A DNA stretch of 64,000 nucleotides from Candidatus Omnitrophota bacterium (lineage in GTDB: Bacteria > Omnitrophota > Gorgyraeia > B26-G9). How positions within the stretch are numbered: position 1 is the stretch's first letter; each line of letters begins with the position of its first letter. Location of the stretch: positions 5,774-69,773 of the forward strand of contig JAHITE010000080.1 in assembly GCA_018817585.1 (NCBI GenBank), in the 5' to 3' direction. Positions 30,642 to 40,577 of the stretch are shown piece after piece. The translations under genes and the position numbers were made by a program. The notes under the pieces were generated by a model. It made no database searches. It saw only the letters and a list, made by a program, of their open reading frames with translations, and had not been told where the DNA came from.

Positions 30642-31993
30642 TAATTCACCCTCCCATATTTATCTTCAAATCTTTCAATATCATCCTCACCAAAATACTC
30701 CCCTAGTTGAATTTCGATAAAAGCCATTTCTTTCTCAGACACATTCGTAACTCGATGTTTACAGCCGCAAGGAATATCAATGCTTTCACCTGTTTTTACC
30801 AGGATTTGTTTATCATTAAGGGTTATAAGTGCTTCACCTTTTATGATCTGCCAATGTTCACTGCGATATTTGTGTTTTTGCAGGCTAAGCTCACCGGAGG
30901 GGAAAACAACAATTCGCTTGACCTTATGATCAAGCTCATCAGCAAGTACTTTATAATAACCCCAGGGACGTTTAGCTTCGCGTTTTGTGCTGTTGATAAT
31001 TTGCTCATATACTTTAATATAATTATCAACCATAATCTCAACTGAAAATTTATCAGCTGCTGTTTTTCGGCAGTTCGCTCTGTTTATTTCCGGGATCCTA
31101 CTGAGTGCCGCGACCGCTTCCGCGGCATTATTCACGAGAAATCCGTTTACTTCATGTTCAATCAGCTCAGGCATGCTGCCTTTATTAAAAGCAACAACAG
31201 GCGTTCCGCAGGCCATAGACTCTATTACGGAAAGTCCAAAGGGTTCTTTAAAAAAAATCGGATGGAGCAGAGCATACGCGTTACCCAACAATTCATCGCG
31301 GTCTTTAGGCCCAACACTACCGATATAAGTTATATCAGCATTTAAATTACAGGCGACTTGTTTATCGAAATATTTCTGATCCTGAATTATTCCTGCTATT
31401 ATTAATTTTTTACCAAAAGCCTTAGCTATCTCAATTGCTTCTTTAGTTCCTTTATCCGGATGAATACGTCCGAAAAACAATAAATAATCACCAGGATCAT
31501 TTTTAAATGTGAAGTGTTCAAGGTTAATTCCGTGATACACATTCGCGATATAATCAAGTTTATCACTGCGGTCAGAATCGCTAATCGAAACATAGTATGT
31601 TTGATTATTATATTTTTCGTAAACAGGCAGAATTGCCGAAGAAGAAAATCCATGTATCGTAGTCAGTACCGGTGTATCAACCAGGCCGCTGTAAGTTATC
31701 GGGAGAAAGTCAAAATTATTATGAATAATATCAAATTCATCGGCCCGCTCAAAAACCGCGGATATATGAAGAGCTTCCCAAACTTTAGGGTCGATAGTTT
31801 TATCTTCTTCATATCCATGTTCACAGACAAAGCTGTGTTTCGCGCTAGTTACAGACTCGCCAGTGGCAAATAAAGTCACATCAATGCCTTTTTTAGTTAA
31901 CCCTTCGCAAAGCAAAGAAACAATATTTTCCCATGGACCATAATGAACCGGCGGAGTTCTCCACGCGATAGGCGAGATCAACGCTATTTTCAT
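30641..31993 (-). CDS. GT4 glycosyltransferase fused to a type II mannose-6-phosphate isomerase cupin
   Basis: PPVHYGPWE, EPFGLSVIESMACG, and C-terminal RPWGYY, LSLQKHKYRSEHW, GEDDIERFEDKYGR. Confidence 0.9.
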   Translation of the reverse strand: MKIALISPIAWRTPPVHYGPWENIVSLLCEGLTKKGIDVTLFATGESVTSAKHSFVCEHGYEEDKTIDPKVWEALHISAVFERADEFDIIHNNFDFLPITYSGLVDTPVLTTIHGFSSSAILPVYEKYNNQTYYVSISDSDRSDKLDYIANVYHGINLEHFTFKNDPGDYLLFFGRIHPDKGTKEAIEIAKAFGKKLIIAGIIQDQKYFDKQVACNLNADITYIGSVGPKDRDELLGNAYALLHPIFFKEPFGLSVIESMACGTPVVAFNKGSMPELIEHEVNGFLVNNAAEAVAALSRIPEINRANCRKTAADKFSVEIMVDNYIKVYEQIINSTKREAKRPWGYYKVLADELDHKVKRIVVFPSGELSLQKHKYRSEHWQIIKGEALITLNDKQILVKTGESIDIPCGCKHRVTNVSEKEMAFIEIQLGEYFGEDDIERFEDKYGRVN

Positions 31994-32127
31994 AAAAAAC
32001 TCCTTAAAATTATTAGACTAAGCAATACTTATTATAACATAGAAAACATTATTTTATTGACATCTTTTAGAATCTTATCCGCGCATAATCCTTGTGCGGA
32101 GCTTTTGTTTGGAGTAGAATGAAGAAA

Positions 32128-32640
32128 ATGATAAAGAAAGACAGTGATAATATGAATACTGATTTGTATATGATCGCGCAATTGGCAAAAGAGAAAGAGC
32201 TGGAGAATCAAGAATTTTATTCCTTTTTGAAATCCAATCAAGATTCTAAGAAAATAGATAAAATTGTGCGGAGCCTTTACAAGCAAATATCAGCCAAAAT
32301 AGATTGTACGAGCTGCGGTAATTGCTGTAAGCTCATGGATCCTGTTTTTAAAAAAGAAGATATTGAAAAATTGGGGCCGGTAACAGCTGAAAGTATAAAA
32401 AAGGATTTAAGGGAAGATAAAAAAGAGAATGGATTTATTTTTAAGATAAGTCCCTGTTCTTTTTTTAAAGATAAGAAGTGTTTGCAGTATTTATTTCGCC
32501 CCGTTGGGTGCAGGTCTTATCCTCATCTGTGCAAAGAAAATTTTATTTCGAGATTTAGCAAGGTAATGGAAAGCTATTCAATTTGTCCGATTGTGTTCAA
32601 TGTATGTGAAAGCTTAAAAATTGAATCGCGGTATATTTAA
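32128..32640 (+). CDS. YkgJ-family Zn/Fe-chelating protein (CxxCxxCC)
   Basis: DCTSCGNCC, PCSFF, CLQY, RPVGCRSYP. The start is uncertain. Confidence 0.85.
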   Translation: MIKKDSDNMNTDLYMIAQLAKEKELENQEFYSFLKSNQDSKKIDKIVRSLYKQISAKIDCTSCGNCCKLMDPVFKKEDIEKLGPVTAESIKKDLREDKKENGFIFKISPCSFFKDKKCLQYLFRPVGCRSYPHLCKENFISRFSKVMESYSICPIVFNVCESLKIESRYI

Positions 32641-32666
32641 GGATTTTTAATTAAGAGCTTATTAAT

Positions 32667-33335
32667 ATGTTTTCATGGATAAGTAATCTAAGAGAGCCGA
32701 TAAACGGCTTTACCCATATTATCGGCGCGGTATTATCAATCGTGGCCCTGATTATTTTAGTTTGGCGGGCTGCTCGCGCAAAAAAAACCCGCCATATTGT
32801 TGCCGTTAGTATTTATGGAGTTTCCCAAATTGCTTTATATACAATGAGCGCGCTATATCATTCTTTGACTGTTTCTCCCGCGGCAATTGTAACTTTTCAA
32901 CATGTTGAACACGCGATGATTTATTTCTTAATTGCTGGCACCTATACTCCGCTTTGTTTAATCATCCTGCGCGGCAAATGGGGATGGAGTTTGTTTGGAG
33001 TCAACTGGGGATTAGCAATTACCGGTATGTGCCTGAAATTGACTTTACGTCATCCGCCGCAAATTGTAATTGTCGTATTGTTCAGTTTTTTTATTATCAT
33101 GGGCTGGCTTATTATTATTGCCTGGCGTCCTTTAGTCAAAACATTGCCTAAACCAGGCATAGGGTGGCTTGTTGCCGGAGGGCTGTTTTATACTTTTGGG
33201 GCAATCATTCTGGGCATGAAAAATTTATATCTTGGTTTTGGATTTGGGCCGCATCAAGTTTGGCATATTTTTGTTATGGCAGGAGGTTTCTGTATTTTCT
33301 GGTTAATGTACAAATATGTTTTACCTGTGCGGTAA
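32667..33335 (+). CDS. Hemolysin III / PAQR family membrane protein
   Basis: EPINGFTH, SALYH, IAGTYTP, HQVWHIFV. Confidence 0.92.
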   Translation: MFSWISNLREPINGFTHIIGAVLSIVALIILVWRAARAKKTRHIVAVSIYGVSQIALYTMSALYHSLTVSPAAIVTFQHVEHAMIYFLIAGTYTPLCLIILRGKWGWSLFGVNWGLAITGMCLKLTLRHPPQIVIVVLFSFFIIMGWLIIIAWRPLVKTLPKPGIGWLVAGGLFYTFGAIILGMKNLYLGFGFGPHQVWHIFVMAGGFCIFWLMYKYVLPVR

Positions 33336-33448
33336 TAAAGCAATCTAATAGTGCTTGCCTAGTCTGACTTTTTTATGTTGACCTGAATTTTTTTAAAGAG
33401 TATTCTTTTAGATGGTTATTTTACAGATCATAACGCAAAGGACTGATA

Positions 33449-33844
33449 ATGGAGAAAACAAAATTTATTGAATTAAAACAAGTTTTTAAAACCCTGCTTG
33501 GACCAAAGGGCTGTCTTTGGGATAAAAAACAGACGCATCAGTCTTTGCTCGGCGGTCTGAGAGAAGAAACCCGGGAATTAATTCAGGCAATAAAAAGTGA
33601 AGATTTTAATCATATAAAAGAGGAATTAGGCGATGTTTTGCTGCATGTGATGTTTCATAGTCAGATTGCTTCCCAAGAAAAAGAATTTAATATTGAAGAT
33701 GTTATTGATGGATTGATAAAAAAATTAAAACGCCGCCATCCGCATGTTTTTGGTAAGACAAAGGTAAAATCCAGCGCTCAGGTTGTGCGCAATTGGAATC
33801 AGATCAAGGCTAAAGAGAAGAAAAAAAGAGCGGGCAACGGGTAA
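33449..33844 (+). CDS. MazG-family nucleotide pyrophosphohydrolase, single domain
   Basis: GCLWDKKQT, EELGDVL, KLKRRHPHVF. Confidence 0.9.
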   Translation: MEKTKFIELKQVFKTLLGPKGCLWDKKQTHQSLLGGLREETRELIQAIKSEDFNHIKEELGDVLLHVMFHSQIASQEKEFNIEDVIDGLIKKLKRRHPHVFGKTKVKSSAQVVRNWNQIKAKEKKKRAGNG

Positions 33845-34001
33845 TTGGCGACGAAGCCCGTATCGGCAACGTAGAAAGGTTAGGGCTAAAAATAATGCAT
33901 TGAAAGCCGATAGACGTTGCCGGCAGACGAAACGGGTGTCGTAACCGTAACCGAAAAACGCATAATATGTGTAACTATTAATAACCTATAGGAACCTGTA
34001 C

Positions 34002-35000
34002 ATGAATCATTATTCTAATAAATATAGTAAACCAGCAGAATTAAAAGGCTTGGTTACTGCGGAAAAGGCTTTGCAGCATGCCCAGATGTTATCAAATTCT
34101 GTGAAAAAGAAATACAATCATTTTAAAAAACGTTTTAGCAAAGCCCGGATAGATTGTTTTAGGCTTTATGACTGGGATAGTAAGGAAATCCGGTTAGTAG
34201 TGGATTGGTACGCGGGACACCTTGTTGTTGCTGAATATGAACGGTTGCAAACCGGTCCGGAGTATCTGCCGCAAATGGCGCGGGCTGCGGCCGCGGCTTT
34301 GAATGTGTCAATGGAAAATGTGCATATGAAAAAAAGACATACTAACGTGGAAGAAGGTCACCGGTATAGCAAGCTTGCTTGCGAAGACAAGCGGATGGAA
34401 GTAAGCGAGGGTGATCTTAAATTTTTAGTTAATCTTACGGATTTTCTGGATACAGGATTGTTTTCTGATCATCGGCAGACGCGGAATATTATCCGGAAGA
34501 TGGCAGAAGGCAAGGACTTCCTGAATCTGTTTGCTTATACCGGAGCTTTTACCTGCGCGGCAGCACTGGGTAATGCTCGCTCAACTGTTACTGTCGATCG
34601 TTCGCAGACATATGTAAATTGGGCCAAGGATAACCTTGAGCTTAATGCGCTTTGGAGTGATCAGCACAAACTTGTCCAATCTGATGTTATGAAATTTTTG
34701 GCGCTTGCGGATAAAGCTGATCAGAAGTTTGACTTGGTTTTTGTGGACCCACCCTCTTTTTACAAGGAGCAGTCAGCCGGGATTGATTTTGATATAAATC
34801 GCGGTCATCCTGACCTAATAAATAAAGTTTTAAAAGTTACGAGGCCGGGTTCAGATATTTTCTTTTCCACGAATCATCAGCGATTTGAGCCGATGTTTGA
34901 TGGTTTAGCGGTAAAAGAGATTATTGCTTTAACTCCAAAAACCATTCCTGAGGATTATCGAAATCGGAGTATTCATCATTGCTGGCAGATAAAGACATAA
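34002..35000 (+). CDS. SAM-dependent methyltransferase, RlmK/RlmI-like
   Basis: DTGLFSDHR, FLNLFAYTG, DPPSF. Confidence 0.85.
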   Translation: MNHYSNKYSKPAELKGLVTAEKALQHAQMLSNSVKKKYNHFKKRFSKARIDCFRLYDWDSKEIRLVVDWYAGHLVVAEYERLQTGPEYLPQMARAAAAALNVSMENVHMKKRHTNVEEGHRYSKLACEDKRMEVSEGDLKFLVNLTDFLDTGLFSDHRQTRNIIRKMAEGKDFLNLFAYTGAFTCAAALGNARSTVTVDRSQTYVNWAKDNLELNALWSDQHKLVQSDVMKFLALADKADQKFDLVFVDPPSFYKEQSAGIDFDINRGHPDLINKVLKVTRPGSDIFFSTNHQRFEPMFDGLAVKEIIALTPKTIPEDYRNRSIHHCWQIKT

Positions 35001-35054
35001 TTGCCGGGTATTTTTAGTTAAACCAGGATAAGCAGTTGATTTAAATCAGGCGCT

Positions 35055-35456
35055 TTAAAATAACTTAAAGCCTGGTTTAGCATAAAGATCCTTCTTAATT
35101 TCAAGTAAAAGATCTTTTGCCGCTTGTTTTTGCCCTATTCCGATGCGGATTTCAATGCGTGACGCATTCTTATCTGTTTCAATAATATCGATTGCTATTT
35201 TTTCCCCATCCGGACCCTTGCCGCGTAACTGGACAAAATTATCCCGCTTAACCGTATCATTAAGCACGATCTTTTTGTGTTTGAGGGCTTGTTTTGCCGC
35301 GGCTTGGACTTGTTCAGTGGGTTTAGGTTCCTCAGATACAATTTTTCCATGTTGCCAAAGCGCGGTTCCTCCGGCGCCAACAATCATCGCCGCGCAGCCA
35401 TTGGTAAACATTGCGCAAATAACAATAATTAATCCATAATGGTAAAGCTTTCTCAT
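35055..35456 (-). CDS. DUF3568-like lipoprotein
   Basis: Lipobox TNGC, then AAMIVGAGG and IEIRIG. Confidence 0.7.
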   Translation of the reverse strand: MRKLYHYGLIIVICAMFTNGCAAMIVGAGGTALWQHGKIVSEEPKPTEQVQAAAKQALKHKKIVLNDTVKRDNFVQLRGKGPDGEKIAIDIIETDKNASRIEIRIGIGQKQAAKDLLLEIKKDLYAKPGFKLF

Positions 35457-35532
35457 TTTTTCTCCGGGTTTTTAGTTAGGGTTATTTAAAAATAATTTTT
35501 CAAATATTATTATATCAAATTTTTGTGTTTAG

Positions 35533-35574
35533 AAATAGAAACTTTTCTAATGGATAATAGAAAAGTTTCTATTT
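35533..35574. terminator. AT-rich perfect 17-bp inverted repeat (terminator or operator)
   Basis: AAATAGAAACTTTTCTA, 8 nt, TAGAAAAGTTTCTATTT. Confidence 0.5.
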
Positions 35575-35732
35575 AAGGATATGGGAGGGGAAGGCATTGA
35601 ATTTTTAAAAAACAAAACAAAGGAATCAAGATGCTTTGCTTTGCATAAATCCCGTATTTAATTGACTAATATTATTGGCTGTGTTTGGGAAAACCCTCAG
35701 AATTGCTAAGAATTTCAAGACTTATTGTTTAT

Positions 35733-35873
35733 TTAGATGTTTCTGGTTTTTTTATTCTCAGCTTCCCGCCGATGCTTATAACAGTATTTTTCCATGTTGT
35801 AAATACTTAAAATACAAGTACAATTAACAGCCTTGCAAACTCTTTTGGCTTTGATTGTCGCGATTTGTTTCAT
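35733..35873 (-). CDS. 46-aa Cys/His small protein, putative zinc finger
   Basis: Absent from the ORF track. AAGGAG RBS. It reads MKQIATIKAKRVCKAVNCTCILSIYNMEKYCYKHRREAENKKTRNI. Confidence 0.6.
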   Translation of the reverse strand: MKQIATIKAKRVCKAVNCTCILSIYNMEKYCYKHRREAENKKTRNI

Positions 35874-36160
35874 AATACTCCTTTTTATTTATTATACCAC
35901 TAAACAGGTAATAATAGTAAACTATCTGCGGATTGAGCATAATTAGTTGTTTGCGAAAGGAACTGCTTAAGAGGCCCTAAGAGTTAACTAAGCAGATAAA
36001 AAGACCGCTGTTTAATTCAGAAATGAGGGGGATTGTTAATAGATTCAGCTTGTTGATTCAGCTTGTTCTAAAAGTGGTTGATTGTTTAGGGAAAACAGGA
36101 TATAATTATTTCCAAAATAAAACCAGAATTATTAATGTGAGCTACGAAAGGAGTTTTAAA

Positions 36161-36442
36161 GTGATTAAAGTAAATGAGTATTTTGATGGAAAGGTAAAAT
36201 CTTTTGTGATAAATTCTAGCGAAGGCAAAAAAACAGTGGGAGTTATGGAGCCGGGTGAATATGAATTTGATACTGATACAAAAGAGATTATGACAGTTGT
36301 TGAAGGAAACCTTTCAGTGTATTTTGCTGAAGATGATGAGTGGGAAGAATTTGAGAAAGGCGCATCATTTGATGTTCCGGCTAAATCAAAATTAAAAGTA
36401 AAAGTTGAGCAGGATACAGCATATATCTGTGAATATGAATGA
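36161..36442 (+). CDS. ppnP: Pyrimidine/purine nucleoside phosphorylase
   Basis: KVNEYFDGKVKS, TVGVMEPGEYEF, YICEY. GTG start after AGGAG. Confidence 0.9.
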   Translation: MIKVNEYFDGKVKSFVINSSEGKKTVGVMEPGEYEFDTDTKEIMTVVEGNLSVYFAEDDEWEEFEKGASFDVPAKSKLKVKVEQDTAYICEYE

Positions 36443-36504
36443 AGTACGAAGCGCGTGCTTGGCTGATAGCTGATGATAGCTCATGGCCAGAAGCAAAAGA
36501 TATA

Positions 36505-36557
36505 AGGACACCAGGACACAAGGTCACAATGTAGGGGCCGCGCTTGTCCCGGCCCCT
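36505..36557 (+). repeat. Octamer tandem repeat joined to a GTAG-family REP
   Basis: AGGACACC AGGACACA AGGTCACA followed by GTAGGGGCCGCGCTTGTCCCGGCCCCT. Confidence 0.7.
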
Positions 36558-36580
36558 AATAATATACTCGAAACAATTAG

Positions 36581-37525
36581 TTATAGTTTCCGCTTGGGAT
36601 GGGAAGTAAAATAAGGGTCGTGGATGCTTTTCCTAAAAGCGGCAAGGCTTAAGGGTGATGAATTTACCCGCCAGTCTTTTTCTTTCTTGGCATTAAACCA
36701 GTAAAATGCTTCTACTTGAGAATATTGGTTCTTAAGGCATTTAAACATATCAATAATCCAGAGGGATTTACTCCCTCCGAATTGATTGTCTTTGGGAGTG
36801 GCGGTTTCCGAGATCATGATTTTTTTATCCCCAAAGATTTCCGGATGCTCAATAAAAACATGGTACATTGGGTAAAATAAATCATTAAAATTTTGATCAT
36901 AAGGCCAGCCAGGCTGTCCATCCTCGCCCCAGTTGTAGCCGTCAATTGCCAGCCAATCAACATATTCTTTTCCCGGATAATAAAGCGGTATAACATCAAG
37001 CCATGTCGGGTAATTCATTGGCGCCCAGACAAACTCCACATTATGGGCGTTTTCGGTTTTAAAGATACGGTAAATGTGTTGCCAGGCTTTTACATATTTA
37101 TCGGGTTTATCTTGCCAGGGATACCATCCCGAGGTTTCCGGATTATTAAAATGAATCATTTCATGGGCGAATCTTAGGCGAATAACCTTGCTCCAGTCGC
37201 GGCAATCCCGGGCAAACTGTTGAATGTAAGCATCGTGCCGGCCATTGATTATACTGGAAAGACTATAGCTGCTGTCATTGACTCCAGCTCTTTTCCAGGG
37301 TTCCCAAGTAATATGCAGACTTATTTCCGTGTCATATCCGTCATGATAGCGTACTTGATGTAAATCAGACAGGGGAAAAGCTCCATCAGCCCAATCCCAG
37401 AAAAACAGAATAGAGTTAAGATGTCTGCCGGTAAGATGTTCATACTTGCGGATTTCTTCAACATTTGGCGGCCGATGATTGGGGTTGCCGACAAAAGCGC
37501 CTATTTCACAATGTTTATTTTGCAT
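36581..37525 (-). CDS. GH26 family glycoside hydrolase (beta-mannanase-like)
   Basis: ITWEPW, RLRFAHEM, WYPW, YYPGKEYVDWLAIDGYN, IMISET. Confidence 0.88.
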   Translation of the reverse strand: MQNKHCEIGAFVGNPNHRPPNVEEIRKYEHLTGRHLNSILFFWDWADGAFPLSDLHQVRYHDGYDTEISLHITWEPWKRAGVNDSSYSLSSIINGRHDAYIQQFARDCRDWSKVIRLRFAHEMIHFNNPETSGWYPWQDKPDKYVKAWQHIYRIFKTENAHNVEFVWAPMNYPTWLDVIPLYYPGKEYVDWLAIDGYNWGEDGQPGWPYDQNFNDLFYPMYHVFIEHPEIFGDKKIMISETATPKDNQFGGSKSLWIIDMFKCLKNQYSQVEAFYWFNAKKEKDWRVNSSPLSLAAFRKSIHDPYFTSHPKRKL

Positions 37526-37841
37526 GAATCTAACCCTTTATTAAAAATCAGCTTTCTTTGAAAATAGTTTATTGCATATCTAATTTATAAGTCATGACAT
37601 GATTTTAAATCTTTTATCAATGCTAAGTCAAGATAATATGAGCTGTTTATAATTTTAGCGAATAATTACGGGAAAATTTGTAATGGTCAGGGGGAAATAA
37701 GCGTAAAACAAGAGGATTGTTTTAGATTATAGAAAACAAGGGTTGTTAGATTTGAGAGCAATTAACATACTTGTTTACAATAAGGCTGCTCAGTCGTATA
37801 ATTACCATTACGCGTAAACTTAAGACTCTAAGGAGAAAACA

Positions 37842-38801
37842 TTGGTTTTTACTCTAATTTATTTAATAATTGGTTTTTGTATTCTTATTGCCGGAGCGAA
37901 TTTTCTGGTTGAAGGAGCTTCCTCTTTAGCTAAAAGATTACGTGTTTCTGATTTGGCCATCGGTTTATCTGTAGTTGCTTTGGGGACATCCACTCCGGAA
38001 TTATTTGTTAATATATTTGCCAGTTTTCAGGGGAATTCAGAAATCGCGATAGGCAATATATTAGGCAGCAATATTTTTAATATTCTGGTTATTCTCGGTT
38101 TATCCTCTTTGATTTTTCCCTTAGCTGTGACCAAAGGTACTGTTTGGAAGGAAATACCGTTTAGCTTCTTGGCAGTTCTTGTTTTGGGCGCGATAGTAAA
38201 TGATGTTTTTTTTGACAAAATGAACAGCAGCTTTATTGGCCGGATAGACGGATTTGTGCTGATATCTTTTTTCCTGATATTTATGTATTATATCGCAAGT
38301 ATTGCTAAAGACACAGAGTTGCTAAATCCTAGCGATATTAAGCCAAGGAGCATTTCAAAATCATTGATGATGATTAGCGGGGGAATTGTCGGTTTAGTTT
38401 TCGGCGGAAATTTTGTGCAAACCAGCGCGGTGGCGATTGCCAGCAGTTTAGGCGTCAGCCAATCGCTTATTGGATTGACGATTGTCGCTACTGGCACTTC
38501 ATTGCCGGAATTAGCAACTTCCGCGATTGCCGCGTCTAAAAAGAATTCTGATATTGCCGTGGGAAATATTGTTGGTTCAAATATATTTAATATTTTCTTT
38601 GTTTTGGGGATATCCGCGCTGATTAAGCCCTTACCGGTAATAACCCAAATCAATGCGGATATAGCGGTGCTGATATTATCAAGCTTGTTTTTATTTCTGT
38701 TTATGTTTACCGGTAAACGCCGGATTATTGACCGCTGGGAAGGCGGAGTGTTTATTGCTTTGTATGCTGGATATCTAATTTTTCTAATCAAAAGAGGGTA
38801 A
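37842..38801 (+). CDS. Calcium/sodium antiporter (YrbG/CaCA family)
   Basis: Alpha repeats GTSTPE/GTSLPE and two copies of GSNIFNI. Confidence 0.93.
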   Translation: MVFTLIYLIIGFCILIAGANFLVEGASSLAKRLRVSDLAIGLSVVALGTSTPELFVNIFASFQGNSEIAIGNILGSNIFNILVILGLSSLIFPLAVTKGTVWKEIPFSFLAVLVLGAIVNDVFFDKMNSSFIGRIDGFVLISFFLIFMYYIASIAKDTELLNPSDIKPRSISKSLMMISGGIVGLVFGGNFVQTSAVAIASSLGVSQSLIGLTIVATGTSLPELATSAIAASKKNSDIAVGNIVGSNIFNIFFVLGISALIKPLPVITQINADIAVLILSSLFLFLFMFTGKRRIIDRWEGGVFIALYAGYLIFLIKRG

Positions 38802-38810
38802 TAAAATCAA

Positions 38811-39413
38811 ATGAAAACATTTTTAAAACATTTAGAGCAATACATCATAAAAGGACTATTAGCGCTTATTCCTTTAGGGATTACAATTTTTATATTAAAG
38901 TTTACTTATGTTTTGATTGATAAAACTCTTATGGGAACAATTGACCAGTATATTGGTTATCGGATTCCGGGAACAGGATTATTGTTGTTTATTATTATCC
39001 TGTATTTTACCGGGATGATTGCCAGTAATGTGCTGGGGAGAAAAATATTTTCTATTTTAGAGTATTTAAGCAGTAAAGTTCCGTTGATAAAGACGGTATA
39101 TCAAGTGGGTAAACAATTATCAAACGCTTTAGCTCTTTCGGATAAACAAGTGTTTAGGAAAGCGGTGCTGGTTGATTATTTTAATCCAGGGGTCAGATCA
39201 ATAGGGTTTATTACGGGTGAGATTACTAATAAGCAAACAGGCGAGAAGCTGTTGAAAGTATTTATTCCTACAGCGCCAAATCCGACTTCCGGTTTTTTAG
39301 TTATTCTCAGTGAGGCGCAAACCAAAGATCCGCAGTGGACTGTGGAAGAAGCTTTGAAAATGGTTATTTCCGGCGGGCTTATTGGGCCAAATGAATTTGC
39401 GGGTTTGAAATAA
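38811..39413 (+). CDS. DUF502 family membrane protein
   Basis: VFIPTAPNPTSGF, EEALKMVISGG. Confidence 0.9.
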   Translation: MKTFLKHLEQYIIKGLLALIPLGITIFILKFTYVLIDKTLMGTIDQYIGYRIPGTGLLLFIIILYFTGMIASNVLGRKIFSILEYLSSKVPLIKTVYQVGKQLSNALALSDKQVFRKAVLVDYFNPGVRSIGFITGEITNKQTGEKLLKVFIPTAPNPTSGFLVILSEAQTKDPQWTVEEALKMVISGGLIGPNEFAGLK

Positions 39414-39484
39414 TCAAAGTTGATTTTAGTTGAATCATTATTTATATTTCTGTTTTGACAGGCTGGGTAATTAGAGGAGATCAG

Positions 39485-40066
39485 ATGTTCCCTAAAATAT
39501 TATTAGCGTTTATTCCGATTTTTGTGGCAGTAGACGCGATTGGCGTATTACCGATTTTTATTTCTTTGACTCGCGATCTGGATAAAATATCAAAAAAGCG
39601 AATTCTAACACAATCATTTTTCACCGCGATACTTGTTGCTTTTGTGTTTATTTTAATTGGCAAGGGATTATTTGCTTTGCTGGGAATCACGGTTGGCGAC
39701 TTTATGGTTGCCGGGGGGATTGTTTTGTTTTGCATCGCGATTCTTGATTTACTGTTTCCTGGCAAGCGCAGAAGAATGCCTATCGAAGAATTAGGTGTGG
39801 TTCCTTTGGGCATGCCGCTGATTGTCGGCCCGGCGGTTTTAACAACCTGTTTGATTATTGTTGATCAATATGGAATAATCCCGACAATTATTTCGGTTAT
39901 TGTAAATATTTTTTTCGCGATTGTTCTTTTTTATTGCTCTGACCGGGTGACCAGGGTATTGGGAAAATCAGGAGCAATGGCCTTATCAAAAATAATGGCT
40001 TTGCTTTTAGCTGCTATTGCTGTAATGATGATCAGAAAAGGGCTTACGGTACTGATGAGTTTATAA
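39485..40066 (+). CDS. MarC family membrane protein
   Basis: FVAVDAIGVLPIF, VPLGMPLIVGP, KIMALLLAAIAV. Confidence 0.9.
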   Translation: MFPKILLAFIPIFVAVDAIGVLPIFISLTRDLDKISKKRILTQSFFTAILVAFVFILIGKGLFALLGITVGDFMVAGGIVLFCIAILDLLFPGKRRRMPIEELGVVPLGMPLIVGPAVLTTCLIIVDQYGIIPTIISVIVNIFFAIVLFYCSDRVTRVLGKSGAMALSKIMALLLAAIAVMMIRKGLTVLMSL

Positions 40067-40159
40067 CACATTATTGTTAGCGTAGTATACTCATTGTTTA
40101 ATATCCGGCAATACATAATAAACAATGCCTCAACCTGGGACAGAGACGAACATAATCCA
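40067..40159 (+). pseudogene. C-terminal remnant of a second RAYT-type transposase
   Basis: It reads HIIVSVVYSLFNIRQYIINNASTWDRDEHNP, close to the RAYT consensus EHIIR...L..IRQYI.NNP..W..D..NP. Confidence 0.65.
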
Positions 40160-40244
40160 AATAATAAAAAATATGAATGGCATGCAGTATATCTTTTTAT
40201 AGCAGAGAAGAAAGTCTACTGCGTAAAAAATTAATGCATAAAGA

Positions 40245-40523
40245 CTAGAAGGGGATGTTGACTCCGGACCGAACCTCTAAATAGACTGATCGGTCAAAGC
40301 TGCGGTCCGGGAAAACCTGACAATATTCATTAAAGTCATGCTCGTGAATCGATAAGAAGGCGTTTGCGAAATGGTCGTGTACGCTGCGTAATAACGGCGA
40401 ACCGTCTTCCGTCACCGGGCAGTTGCCTCTGATAAACTGCTTTATCTGGTTACCGGAACTAAGTATATCATAACTTTCTCCAAATTGCCTGCTGCTTTTG
40501 ATTTTTTGCCGACATTTTTGCAA
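40245..40523 (-). CDS. Hypothetical protein or gene fragment
   Basis: 92-aa ORF with protein-like composition and no recognised family. Confidence 0.35.
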   Translation of the reverse strand: MQKCRQKIKSSRQFGESYDILSSGNQIKQFIRGNCPVTEDGSPLLRSVHDHFANAFLSIHEHDFNEYCQVFPDRSFDRSVYLEVRSGVNIPF

Positions 40524-40577
40524 TATTTGCCCGCATGTGGTATTCTTTTATAATTTGCATAAGGAGTTTCAGGGAAT

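Noticed and set aside
36023-36160. N-terminal extension of ppnP in the ORF track
   Set aside because: Family similarity and the RBS point to the GTG at 36161.
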